Positions 1 through 8,492 of a stretch of 64,000 nt of DNA are shown one piece after another; the first letter of the stretch is position 1, and every line of letters begins with the position of its first letter. A model generated the notes under the pieces. That model did no database searches and had not been told where the DNA came from. It saw nothing but the letters and a program-made list of their open reading frames with translations. The DNA is from an uncultured Bacteroidales bacterium. GTDB taxonomy: Bacteria; Bacteroidota; Bacteroidia; Bacteroidales; F082. The translations under genes and the position numbers were made by a program. The stretch is taken from positions 5,526 to 69,525 of the forward strand of contig CAMJQC010000005.1 in NCBI GenBank assembly GCA_946407975.1. The letters are read 5' to 3'.

Positions 1-479
1 TTCACCACTTGCGTAATGTCAAAAGTGAAAGGCACATAACCACCCGTATGGGAGCCCACTTTGACGCCGTTCACCCAGACATCCGCTTGCCAATCGACAG
101 CACCGAAATGCAATAGCACGCGACCGTTTTTCCATTGGTTTGGAATTGAGAAGGTTTTCTCATACCACAAGACATTGTCAGGGCCGACCTCTTTCTGCAC
201 GCCAGACAGCGAGGATTCGACACAAAACGGCACCAAGATGTCACCATCGTATTTCTCAGGGAGCCTATCCTTTTTAGGTGTGATGGCGTATTGCCAAATT
301 CCATTGAGATTCTTCCACTCGGGGCGCACCATCATGGGTCGTGGATATTCCGGTAGCGCGTTGTCGGGAGAGACCTGTTCAGCCCAGGCCGTCTTAATCT
401 TATCGCCCGCAGGCGCATATTGAGCAAAGGCTGCCATTCCAAACAGCAAAGTCATCATCAGTAAAATAGTTTTTTTCAT
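1..479 (-). CDS. Glycoside hydrolase family 2 protein, N-terminal part (gene continues beyond window start)
   Basis: Not in the ORF track because it runs off the window. My reverse-complement translation from ATG 479-477 stays open to position 1. It gives MKKTILLMMTLLFGMAAFAQ (signal peptide) and later GRVLLHFGAVDWQADVWVNGVKVGSHTGGYVPFTFDIT, which fits the GH2 sugar-binding domain. The + ORF 61..423 is its antisense shadow. Confidence 0.7.
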   Translation of the reverse strand, partial: MKKTILLMMTLLFGMAAFAQYAPAGDKIKTAWAEQVSPDNALPEYPRPMMVRPEWKNLNGIWQYAITPKKDRLPEKYDGDILVPFCVESSLSGVQKEVGPDNVLWYEKTFSIPNQWKNGRVLLHFGAVDWQADVWVNGVKVGSHTGGYVPFTFDITQVV

Positions 480-519
480 TATTATAGCGTTTTAGCAATC
501 AAGATAATATACCAGAGAC

Positions 520-936
520 TCAATCTTCTTCCGTCATGGCATTCATAAAAGCATCACAGGCGGAAAGTAGGCTGTGTACCGCTCTTGGCACGATATCATC
601 CACTTCAGGGGTAGCATCCAAAACCTGTTCAAAACACATCCAAACAGAAGCTCCGCTCTCATGTTCGTCTTCATACTCATACACGACCGCTTTCACCACT
701 TTAAAATTCCAGTTGATGTTGTTGGCTGCCATGATGGCTTCGGCGAAATTCTCGTCCGTCACATCGAAAATACCAGGCAATGTGAGGCGAAAAAAGGCAG
801 GGTCATCCTGATCGTGCATCAAGAGAAAGTTCCAGCCTTCTACACTGAAGTTGAGGCCGATCTCATTCTCTTGCGGTTCAAGGCCGTTTTTCTTCAGATA
901 ATCCAGCACAAGGGCTTTTGCCGTCATTTTCTTCAT
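520..936 (-). CDS. Small acidic protein, YbjN / type III chaperone-like (hypothetical)
   Basis: 138-aa ORF. Its ATG (936-934) overlaps the TGA (935-933) of the upstream kinase gene, an ATGA coupling. It is strongly acidic. The YbjN-like family call rests on the pattern of conserved hydrophobic and acidic positions and is recalled, not searched. Confidence 0.55.
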   Translation of the reverse strand: MKKMTAKALVLDYLKKNGLEPQENEIGLNFSVEGWNFLLMHDQDDPAFFRLTLPGIFDVTDENFAEAIMAANNINWNFKVVKAVVYEYEDEHESGASVWMCFEQVLDATPEVDDIVPRAVHSLLSACDAFMNAMTEED

Positions 937-2663
937 TTGTTAAAGCCGATTTTTGTCTTTGTGGAATAGGTCGGATTCTTGAAACGGAGTACGTCAACAA
1001 GGATCTTCTGCGAGATAGGCACATCCATATAAGCTGCCGTCATGGCCGCCTCATTGACAGTCTCTGCGATATCGCCAGCATTGAAATCAGCCGACATTTC
1101 AGCCAATTCGTCATAATCAATCGCATCGCACGGACGGCCTTTCAGGTGCGCTTTAAAAAGATCCTTACGCGCTTCTTTATCAGGCTGCGGGACAAAGAAC
1201 ACGCGATCAATGCAACCCACGCGCATAATGAGCGGATCGACCATATCGGGGCGGTTGGAAGTGGCCACAACGAGTATGCCGTCCTGCGCACATCCGTTGA
1301 CCATGGCCAGGAAAGCGGACGACTCTTTGGTAATGACAGGTTCCTCTCCTGTCGACGGGCGAGGTACCATACCTTCTATCTCGTCAATGCAGATGGCAAA
1401 AGGCGCCTTGATAGTAGCGGCATCGAAGATGCGCTGCAGGTTATCCAACACCCCTGGCTGATAGATATTGCCGAAATCGGCTGACTTGATAATGGAATAG
1501 TTAAATCCCAATTCTTCCGCAAAGCTCTCTAAAACGAGACTCTTGCCGCATCCAGGAGGACCGTAAAGCAAGATGCCGTTGACGGGGGGCAAATGATAGG
1601 CTTTGGCTTTCTCCGGGTTCTGCAATGCAAACAGCACTTCTTTACGAAGCTGTTCCTTCAAGTCGTTACGGCCAATTACATTGTCAAAGCCATTGCCTGA
1701 TCCTTTCTTAAAGGTGATAGGCACAGGCTCTGTACCTTCTTCTGGCTGAGGCTGCTCTTGCGCAGGAACAGACTGCTCTAATTCTTTAACCAGTTCAGGC
1801 ATCAGTTGTTCCAATAAGGCCTTGGTGAACTCTTCTGCCGAAGCAAAACGGTCATCAGGTTTCTTGGCCAGCGCCTTTTTCAAGATGCCTTTCATGTAGT
1901 CTGGCAGCTTCACTTCTTCCGTTTCCAGGACCAGTTCCTGCTTTCTTGCTTGTTTCACAGCCTCTTTGATCAGCGTCTTGTCATCCTTGCATTGGCTGAG
2001 ATCCTGTTCCCAAGGCGCCTTGCCAAACATCAAATAGTAAAGGAGGGCACCCGTCGAGAAAAGATCTGATTTTGGCGTATAGATGCCTTTAAAGGTCTCC
2101 GGAGCGCGGAAAAACGGCATCAAGTCCTCGACATAAAAGGTAGGTCGGCCCATCACCATATAGGAAATGTGCCCTAAATCGATGATAGTCGGCAAAAGCA
2201 TCCCGTCGTCCGTTTCCTGAAGCATGATATTGGAAGGACGGATGTCGTTGTGAATCAAAGCGCGCGAATGTATATACGACAGCCCATTCAAAACGCATAG
2301 CGTAATCTGCGCAGCGTCTTCCGGTCCAAATACACCATCGCGTTTGACAGATTCGACGAGCAACTCCCCACGATAGAATTCGGTAACAAGATAATGGTAG
2401 TTCTTCTCGCCTTTTTTCAAACCGCCTTTGTCAACAAAACTGATGACATTATCGTGCTGGAGTTCCTGACAAAGCTGGATTTCATAAACTTCTTTCCCCT
2501 CAAACAACATGGAAGTAGGAATCGCTTCCATGTCGAATATCTTCAGAAAATACAGTATGTCGTCTGGACCATATGCGGAATAGGATTCTGCTATTGAGCC
2601 TTTTTTAATGAAATCATTGACAGTGAATTTGCCAACCTTATCGCCTTTTTTGAATGTATTCAT
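933..2663 (-). CDS. Ser/Thr protein kinase domain fused to a classical AAA+ ATPase domain
   Basis: The ORF track starts at TTG 2687; the first ATG is 2663 (MNTFKKGDKVGKF). Kinase motifs: YFLKIF (VAIK-type Lys), HNDIRPSNIM (catalytic loop), IIDLG (DFG-type), FRAPE (APE). A Pro/Glu-rich linker follows. AAA motifs: GPPGCGKS (Walker A), ICIDEIEG (Walker B), VVATSNRPDMVDPLIMRVGCIDR (sensor 1 and second region of homology). Confidence 0.8.
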   Translation of the reverse strand: MNTFKKGDKVGKFTVNDFIKKGSIAESYSAYGPDDILYFLKIFDMEAIPTSMLFEGKEVYEIQLCQELQHDNVISFVDKGGLKKGEKNYHYLVTEFYRGELLVESVKRDGVFGPEDAAQITLCVLNGLSYIHSRALIHNDIRPSNIMLQETDDGMLLPTIIDLGHISYMVMGRPTFYVEDLMPFFRAPETFKGIYTPKSDLFSTGALLYYLMFGKAPWEQDLSQCKDDKTLIKEAVKQARKQELVLETEEVKLPDYMKGILKKALAKKPDDRFASAEEFTKALLEQLMPELVKELEQSVPAQEQPQPEEGTEPVPITFKKGSGNGFDNVIGRNDLKEQLRKEVLFALQNPEKAKAYHLPPVNGILLYGPPGCGKSLVLESFAEELGFNYSIIKSADFGNIYQPGVLDNLQRIFDAATIKAPFAICIDEIEGMVPRPSTGEEPVITKESSAFLAMVNGCAQDGILVVATSNRPDMVDPLIMRVGCIDRVFFVPQPDKEARKDLFKAHLKGRPCDAIDYDELAEMSADFNAGDIAETVNEAAMTAAYMDVPISQKILVDVLRFKNPTYSTKTKIGFNK

Positions 2664-2684
2664 AGAATTCGAATTATTATGTTG

Positions 2685-2692
2685 CAAATTTC
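2685..2692 (-). promoter_or_regulatory. Imperfect Bacteroidota -7 box (GAAATTTG) upstream of the kinase-AAA gene
   Basis: One mismatch to TAnnTTTG. It sits 21 nt before ATG 2663, the same spacing class as the other promoters in this window. Confidence 0.3.
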
Positions 2693-2766
2693 ATGATAAA
2701 AATCGGAACATACAAGATGGGAGAAGAAAAAATCAGCTGTCAGCTTTTGCCGCTGACAATAATAAA

Positions 2767-2794
2767 GTAGAGACGGTGCATGCACCGTCTCTAC
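2767..2794. repeat. Perfect 28-bp palindrome GTAGAGACGGTGCA|TGCACCGTCTCTAC (family A repeat)
   Basis: Read directly. It equals its own reverse complement. It lies between the DUF2490-like gene and the kinase gene. Confidence 0.9.
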
Positions 2795-2816
2795 GATTAT
2801 TTCAAATAATAATGTA

Positions 2817-3494
2817 TCAATACTTCAGCGAATAGGTCAAGCCTAGGAAGAAACGGTCTACAGGTTCAGCGACTTGCAAGTCATTGTCCATCCTCAAAAA
2901 AGCCGACAGATATTGGCGGCGTGAAAGCCTATACTCCACTGTGGCAACCGTACGCAGGTTATCGACAATACGGTTCTTCGGGTCGTTGACCAGCCAGTGC
3001 AACTCCGTAGAAAGCGAGTATTTATAACGGCTATTCGGCATCTGATAGGCAACCTGAATGCGGTTGCGCCAATAGAGTCTCGGGTTGACACGATACTCGC
3101 CGGTCCGCTCATCACGATAGGTGGCGATCAGTTTAGAGCGGAAAGCAAACTTGAAATGATGATAGGTCTCCGAATAGGTGAGCTGCGCTCCGACACGGCC
3201 TCGATTCTCATAATATCCCTTGTCGTTGAAACGGCGGATATAATCACCCATGACCCGCGCCTTCATTTTATTATACATGAAGGTATATTCCACACCCACT
3301 GAGTTGAGCCAACGGTCAAACTGTGCACAGTTGTCGATGAAGCGCAACTCCTCCTCCACGGTCACATCGAAGCTGGAACCCAGAGGCGCCGAGATCTCGG
3401 TAGAGGCGATAACGCCAAAGTCCTTTTCTCTCTCGCTTTGAGCGAAAGTCACAAAAGGCAACAGCGACACCAATATGAGAATGTACTTTTTCAC
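2817..3494 (-). CDS. Outer-membrane beta-barrel-like protein (DUF2490-like)
   Basis: 225-aa ORF with a GTG start at 3494 and no in-frame ATG nearby. Signal peptide KKYILILVSLLPFVTFAQ, alternating aromatic beta-strand pattern, C-terminal ...GLTYSLKY. Last gene of the VTC operon. Confidence 0.55.
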   Translation of the reverse strand: MKKYILILVSLLPFVTFAQSEREKDFGVIASTEISAPLGSSFDVTVEEELRFIDNCAQFDRWLNSVGVEYTFMYNKMKARVMGDYIRRFNDKGYYENRGRVGAQLTYSETYHHFKFAFRSKLIATYRDERTGEYRVNPRLYWRNRIQVAYQMPNSRYKYSLSTELHWLVNDPKNRIVDNLRTVATVEYRLSRRQYLSAFLRMDNDLQVAEPVDRFFLGLTYSLKY

Positions 3495-3502
3495 ACTTTT
3501 CC

Positions 3503-4414
3503 TTAATCCGTAAAGTCTTTCAGTTTCGTCACCGTATCAATGGTGTTGACTTCGCCATCGATGGGTCTGTAATAGACCTTCACAAAGGCCACGTCCCTAA
3601 GGTAATCGATATGACCCACTTCGACTTTTGTGATGTCGAGGCCAGTACGTTCTATCAGGTCTGCCTTGAGTTCTTCTTCACGACCATGTTTGGTGTTTTC
3701 TATCTTATCGTAAAGGATAATCTTCGTTGCCGTATGCGACAGCACCTTGGTGCGGTCGAGAATCCACACAGCAAGGATGACCATAAGGTTCACCACCAGC
3801 AATTCCACCCAACTGGCTGTCAGCGCCTGACCATTAATGATGGACAGGCCCATAATGACGAACAGGTAGGTCATCTCGCGGATCTTGATGGTCTCCGTAC
3901 GGTAACGAATCATGCCGAAGATGGCGAAGAGCCCCAAAGCAAAAGCGATGTTCATCTTCATATTCTCCATCAGTGTGATAAGCAAGAAGATGGTCACGGC
4001 GAACATCATAAAGGTGAAATAATAGTCCTTTCTGTTGGCTTTCTTGTAATAGAAGAAATGGATGATAATCCAGCATACCAGCACATTGAAGAAAAAACGG
4101 AATATCGTAGTCCAGAAACTCAAGGCGTCGAAAACGGGGACACCCAAAAAATAGGTGGCATGTTTCGATTCGCCGAACTCCTCTTCTATTGTCGGGTCAT
4201 AGCTTAAATCTTCTTCCGAAAGTCCTTCCTCGTTAGGACGGACGAGGTCGGATGGGGCAAGAGCAGCGTCATCTTCGCCTGCCTGCCCTGCCGTCGCGGC
4301 ATCTATGGCTTCCGTTACGGCTGGTTCATCTTCATCAACGCCTTGGGCTATGGCAATATTGCCGAAGACGCCCATCAACAGGATCAAGGTTAATAGTTTT
4401 GCTATGCGTGTCAT
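3503..4414 (-). CDS. Integral membrane protein (DUF4956-like), partner of the VTC-domain protein
   Basis: 303-aa ORF. Its ATG overlaps the TGA of the upstream VTC gene (ATGA at 4411-4414). It has an acidic N-terminal region, several TM helices, and a GMIRYRTE motif. Confidence 0.6.
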   Translation of the reverse strand: MTRIAKLLTLILLMGVFGNIAIAQGVDEDEPAVTEAIDAATAGQAGEDDAALAPSDLVRPNEEGLSEEDLSYDPTIEEEFGESKHATYFLGVPVFDALSFWTTIFRFFFNVLVCWIIIHFFYYKKANRKDYYFTFMMFAVTIFLLITLMENMKMNIAFALGLFAIFGMIRYRTETIKIREMTYLFVIMGLSIINGQALTASWVELLVVNLMVILAVWILDRTKVLSHTATKIILYDKIENTKHGREEELKADLIERTGLDITKVEVGHIDYLRDVAFVKVYYRPIDGEVNTIDTVTKLKDFTD

Positions 4415-5223
4415 AGTTGTTGTGTTATGTGTTTGACATTATTATAATTCTTTGATTGGGCTGTTTCCCCAGCCTTCAGTTTGGCGATACGGCGCAGCTT
4501 TTTTTTAAAGCGGTTTTGCTTTACTTCGGGTGCCGTCATGCAGGTCCCGATACAGTATTTGCTGATCTTGAAAGGTCGGATTCGCAAATCGAACAGCACG
4601 TCTTTGAGCATGGAATACGCCCTGCCATCTTGTTTGAGTTCCATCACCACTAGGGGCGACATTGCTGCCTTATTGTGGTTGCAAAGGTTTTCGAAACAGA
4701 GGTTACAATCAATGGTGAGACGCTCCGTCTTACCATAGTTGACCAGCGTGATGCGGTCGAAAGCCGTCACCAGATGTGGACTGAGGCTTTCCACGGGATA
4801 AGGTTGGTGCTCGGCCAGAAATGCAGCCGAAGCAGGATTATTGATGATATCCGTTCCTGTCTCCACTTGGACGCGTTGCTTATTCGTACGGCCTTTGTTA
4901 CTCTTATGCTTCACCTCGCAGAAAGTCAAGTCCGAATCCACATAGGTGCGAACCCTGACCTTGTCGCGGACCAGATGCCTGTCGTGATGGATGAGATACA
5001 TCGTCAGTTCGGGCGTATCGTAATAAACTGTGCGATATGGTGAAAAGCGATTTCCTTCCGCTTCCTGGACGTAATAGCCATCCCTGACTCTTTGCAAGAT
5101 AGCCAACAGCTGACGTTCCGTAATCAGATATTTCGTATCCACACGGTTCATCAGCCTGACATCTTTCATCTCGTCAAGAGTGATGGGCTTCATCAATAGC
5201 AATATGTCGAGAAAGGCCTGCAT
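4411..5223 (-). CDS. VTC / CYTH-like polyphosphate polymerase domain protein
   Basis: The ORF track start 5226 is TTG; the adjacent ATG is 5223. MNRVDTKYLI (R-x-D-x-KY), YRTVYYDT and KVRVRTY match the tunnel-forming strands of VTC/CYTH domains. Confidence 0.65.
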   Translation of the reverse strand: MQAFLDILLLMKPITLDEMKDVRLMNRVDTKYLITERQLLAILQRVRDGYYVQEAEGNRFSPYRTVYYDTPELTMYLIHHDRHLVRDKVRVRTYVDSDLTFCEVKHKSNKGRTNKQRVQVETGTDIINNPASAAFLAEHQPYPVESLSPHLVTAFDRITLVNYGKTERLTIDCNLCFENLCNHNKAAMSPLVVMELKQDGRAYSMLKDVLFDLRIRPFKISKYCIGTCMTAPEVKQNRFKKKLRRIAKLKAGETAQSKNYNNVKHITQQL

Positions 5224-5234
5224 CAACGTAAGGG

Positions 5235-5666
5235 CTAATCTTTGAAGATATATTCAAAGGTCTTGACCGATTCCAGTTTGCCGTTGGAATAATAGTTCAA
5301 CTGTTTCTTCTTCTGGCCGTTGGGATAGTATTCGTATTTCTTGATGCGTTGCACCTTGTTACGATGGTCGTATTCGATCTCGCGGGATGCCTTGGCGTCG
5401 ATACCACTGCCTGCAGGGTATTCAGTCACTACGCGCGACTTCTGTCCATAACTGGCATATTCTATCTCTTCGATCTTACGGCCCAAGGAGTCATAAGTGG
5501 TGACATGGTCAAGGAAAGCCTGTTTGCTCCCCACTGCCGTGTTCCACTCCTCCACGGTCATTTTCTTACGACGCTCACGCTTTCCAACAGTCCCGTCTGA
5601 AACGACCTGTGCGAAAGAGGCCGTCGCTGCCAGCATAAACAGAATTGAAAACAACAGTTTTTTCAT
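5235..5666 (-). CDS. Secreted hypothetical protein with repeated beta-hairpin (MORN/YwqK-like) motifs
   Basis: 143 aa. Signal peptide MKKLLFSILFMLAATASFAQ. Repeats of the type YEYYPNGQKK / NYYSNGKLES. Lies 8 nt upstream of the VTC gene. Confidence 0.5.
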   Translation of the reverse strand: MKKLLFSILFMLAATASFAQVVSDGTVGKRERRKKMTVEEWNTAVGSKQAFLDHVTTYDSLGRKIEEIEYASYGQKSRVVTEYPAGSGIDAKASREIEYDHRNKVQRIKKYEYYPNGQKKKQLNYYSNGKLESVKTFEYIFKD

Positions 5667-5677
5667 TTCAATGACCT

Positions 5678-6391
5678 TTATACGTTAATAATCACACTAA
5701 AGGGTTCCTCCAGTTCATAAATCATTCCGCTTTCCCCGACTTCGATGGTCTGGAAAAGGAATTCAGGAATCTCGTTCAGGTTTTCCGTGACAGTAAACAC
5801 ATCATAGATGCCGGGCTGCAGCTTTTGGAAAAGAAAATATCCTTCAGGTCCGACACGGGTATCGTCGAAAGGTAGCGTTTCGCCTTGACGGCGGATATAA
5901 ACGCGATGCTCATAAGCCCAGCCTTCGCCCTCCCAACTGCCATTGTGATAATAGGAGGCATATACCCTACCCTTCACAATTGAGGTCCCATAGGCCTTGC
6001 CGTCGTGGATATAGAGGACAGGAACCTGCACCGTGGCGCCACGGTCTAAGGTCACTGAGGCGCTGACAGGAATCTTCTCGCCTGTGGGCAAGGTAGAATA
6101 GGAATACACGGTATATTCGCCGGGACGCAGGTACTCAAAACGGTATTTCCCATCCGAACCCGTCTCCACGTCATCGCCAAAGTAGTCCTCATCGCCATAA
6201 ACGATGAAAACATCCGTCTTGGCAGCGACCAGCGTGTCCGAATTGAGTTGGAAGTCATCGTCAGGATGATGGATCAGTTTCACATAACCTTCGATGGTAC
6301 CTGTTCCGCCCTCGCCTTCGCCCTTGTTGCATGACATGAAAACGAACGCAGGGAAAAGAAGGCTTATTAAGATGAATACAATCTTTTTCAT
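5678..6391 (-). CDS. Lipoprotein with carboxypeptidase-regulatory-like (Ig-like beta-sandwich) repeats
   Basis: 237 aa. Lipobox FVFMSC. Two repeats carry the G-x-Y motifs PGEYTVYSY and PGIYDVFTV. Confidence 0.5.
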   Translation of the reverse strand: MKKIVFILISLLFPAFVFMSCNKGEGEGGTGTIEGYVKLIHHPDDDFQLNSDTLVAAKTDVFIVYGDEDYFGDDVETGSDGKYRFEYLRPGEYTVYSYSTLPTGEKIPVSASVTLDRGATVQVPVLYIHDGKAYGTSIVKGRVYASYYHNGSWEGEGWAYEHRVYIRRQGETLPFDDTRVGPEGYFLFQKLQPGIYDVFTVTENLNEIPEFLFQTIEVGESGMIYELEEPFSVIINV

Positions 6392-6519
6392 ATCTAATTC
6401 ATTCTTTGTTACATTGCTATAATACAGTAGGAATATCTACAAACTTCGTTCCTTTTTGAAAACGAAATAATTCCACAAATAATCAACGTTTTGTATCCGT
6501 TTTTAGTATAAACACATTT

Positions 6520-6966
6520 TCATTCACTTTTTGCTCCCATTTTCTCAATGTTATTGCAAGCTTTACGCAGCACATCCACGAAAATGGTGAGTTGTTCTTC
6601 AGGGATGCCATCCACGACCTTATTCATCGAGTCGATAGCCAGTTCCTTGGTCGACTGCTTCATGGCCATGCCTTTTTCCGTCACTACGATATTGTTTACG
6701 CGACGGTCGTTCTTGTCGACAGCTCGCTCGACGAGGCCTTTCTTTTCCAGATTATCGATGAATTGCGTAACGGAATTCTTGTCCTTCTGGATGATAAAAG
6801 CAATGGTCTGTTGCGTCAGCGTGCCTTCGTTCCAAAGCGTATCCATGACGAGGTACTGCTCTGCTGTGAGATTGACGCCTTTTTTCTTAAAAACGTCTGC
6901 AATGTGTTTCTTCAGCCTGCAATTCAAGATGTTGACATAAACCGCGGCCTGTTTGATGAGCATCAT
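6520..6966 (-). CDS. MarR family transcriptional regulator
   Basis: 148 aa. Winged-helix pattern LTAEQYLVMDTLWNEGTLTQQTIA ... LEKKGLVERAVDKNDRRVNNIVVTEKG. Confidence 0.8.
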   Translation of the reverse strand: MMLIKQAAVYVNILNCRLKKHIADVFKKKGVNLTAEQYLVMDTLWNEGTLTQQTIAFIIQKDKNSVTQFIDNLEKKGLVERAVDKNDRRVNNIVVTEKGMAMKQSTKELAIDSMNKVVDGIPEEQLTIFVDVLRKACNNIEKMGAKSE

Positions 6967-7005
6967 ATCTTCCTAGTTTTATGATTATCTATAATGATGA
7001 AAATG

Positions 7006-7013
7006 CAAAGATA
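7006..7013 (-). promoter_or_regulatory. -7 box TATCTTTG upstream of marR
   Basis: Exact TAnnTTTG match on the minus strand, about 40 nt before ATG 6966. Confidence 0.45.
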
Positions 7014-7043
7014 CAAACTTTCATATTTTTCAACAAAAGAAAC

Positions 7044-7077
7044 AAAAAAAGTCGGGTAAGCGCCTGACTTATCCGAC
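7044..7077 (-). terminator. Rho-independent terminator of the alpha-oxoamine synthase gene
   Basis: Minus strand: stem GTCGGATAAG / CTTACCCGAC (one mismatch), 7-nt loop, then TTTTTTT. Confidence 0.6.
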
Positions 7078-7096
7078 TTTCGTTAGTAGGAAGTCC

Positions 7097-8356
7097 TTAA
7101 AGGATGGCCATGTTCGGCACCTCATCGGAATCGTAATAACCCTTGGCAAGCTTTTCCTTCACCTCGCCGAAGGCCTTCAGTGTGTATTCCACATCCTCCA
7201 TGCTGTGAGCAGCGGTGGGGATGATACGGAAGATGATCATGCCCTTGGGAATGACAGGATAGGTCACCACAGAGCAGAAGATCCTGTAGTTCTCACGCAG
7301 GTCCATCGCGATGTTGGTGGCTTGGGCCACATCACCCTTGACGAGTACTGGCGTCACGCAAGCCTCAGCGGGGCCGATATCGAAGCCCATATTGCGGAAG
7401 CCGTCCTGCAGAGCGCGGGTCACTTTCCAGAGCTGGGCACGGAGCTGATCGCCTTCAGGGCCACGGATAATCTCGAGACGTTTCTCGCAGCCATAAACGA
7501 TGGCCAATGGCAACGACTTGGCATACATTTGCGAACGCATGTTGTAGCGCAAGTATTCGATGACGTGTTTCGGGCCAGCCACGAAGCCGCCGATAATGGC
7601 CATGGCTTTGGCATAGGCGCCGATATAGATGTCCACTTCGTCCATCACGCCGAAATGCTCGGAGGTGCCACGACCCGTGGGGCCCATAACGCCAAAGCCG
7701 TGAGCGTCGTCGATGAGGATGCGGAAACTGTATTTCTTCTTGAGTTCCACGATGCCAGCGAGATTGCCCAAAGCGCCCGTCATACCATAGACGCCTTCCG
7801 TGATGACAAGGATGCCGCCACCGGTCTTTGCCACCACATCGGTAGCGACCTTTAATTTCTTCTCAAGGTCCTCCATGTTGTTGTGGCGGTATTTATACTT
7901 GTTGCCGATATGCAGACGGATGCCGTCCAAGAGGCAGGCATGGGCTTCGTTATCAAAAACGATGACATCGTGAGGGTTGACAAGGGTGTCGATCGTGGAG
8001 ACGATGCCTTGATAGCCGAAGTTGAATAAGTAGGCTGCCTCTTTCTTCTCGAAGTCAGCCAGCTCATGTTCAAAATGCTCGTGCATACGGGTCTGACCAC
8101 TCATCATACGGGCACCCATCGGAGCAGCGAGACCCCAGCGGGCAGCGCCCTCTGCGTCGGCCTTGCGGATGGCAGGATGGTTGGCCAAGCCAAGGTAGTT
8201 GTTCAAACTCCAGCAAAGCACTTCTTTGCCGTTGAATACCATACGCGGTCCCAGTTCGCCTTCCAAACGCGGAAATGCGAAGTAACCGTCAGCACGCTCG
8301 CGGTATTGTCCAATCGGACCGCCGGAGTCTTTTGCTATTCTTTCAAAAATATCCAT
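7097..8356 (-). CDS. Alpha-oxoamine synthase family PLP enzyme (Kbl / BioF / serine-palmitoyltransferase-like)
   Basis: 419 aa. Motifs NNYLGL, IDDAHGFGVMGPTGRG, and the PLP-lysine region GAYAKAMA. Substrate cannot be assigned from sequence alone. Confidence 0.8.
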   Translation of the reverse strand: MDIFERIAKDSGGPIGQYRERADGYFAFPRLEGELGPRMVFNGKEVLCWSLNNYLGLANHPAIRKADAEGAARWGLAAPMGARMMSGQTRMHEHFEHELADFEKKEAAYLFNFGYQGIVSTIDTLVNPHDVIVFDNEAHACLLDGIRLHIGNKYKYRHNNMEDLEKKLKVATDVVAKTGGGILVITEGVYGMTGALGNLAGIVELKKKYSFRILIDDAHGFGVMGPTGRGTSEHFGVMDEVDIYIGAYAKAMAIIGGFVAGPKHVIEYLRYNMRSQMYAKSLPLAIVYGCEKRLEIIRGPEGDQLRAQLWKVTRALQDGFRNMGFDIGPAEACVTPVLVKGDVAQATNIAMDLRENYRIFCSVVTYPVIPKGMIIFRIIPTAAHSMEDVEYTLKAFGEVKEKLAKGYYDSDEVPNMAIL

Positions 8357-8395
8357 AGGAATCTGTGATAAATGTGTTTACTTGTTTTCTGCATG

Positions 8396-8403
8396 CAAAG
8401 ATA
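8396..8403 (-). promoter_or_regulatory. -7 box TATCTTTG upstream of the alpha-oxoamine synthase gene
   Basis: Exact TAnnTTTG match on the minus strand, about 40 nt before ATG 8356. Back-to-back with the SDR promoter. Confidence 0.45.
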
Positions 8404-8463
8404 GTAAATATATTGATTATCTAAATATTGACTTTTTTTTTATTTTTCAAAGCGATAAATCGG

Positions 8464-8471
8464 TACCTTTG
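8464..8471 (+). promoter_or_regulatory. -7 box TACCTTTG upstream of the SDR gene
   Basis: Exact TAnnTTTG match, 21 nt before ATG 8493. Confidence 0.5.
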
Positions 8472-8492
8472 CGCATCAATTTACGGAATGAA

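Noticed and set aside
61-423. 120-aa + strand ORF (and the 77-aa minus-strand ORF 71..304) at the window start
   Set aside because: Both lie inside the open minus-strand frame that encodes a clear GH2 N-terminus with a signal peptide. The + ORF is an antisense shadow with a low-complexity, non-protein-like sequence.
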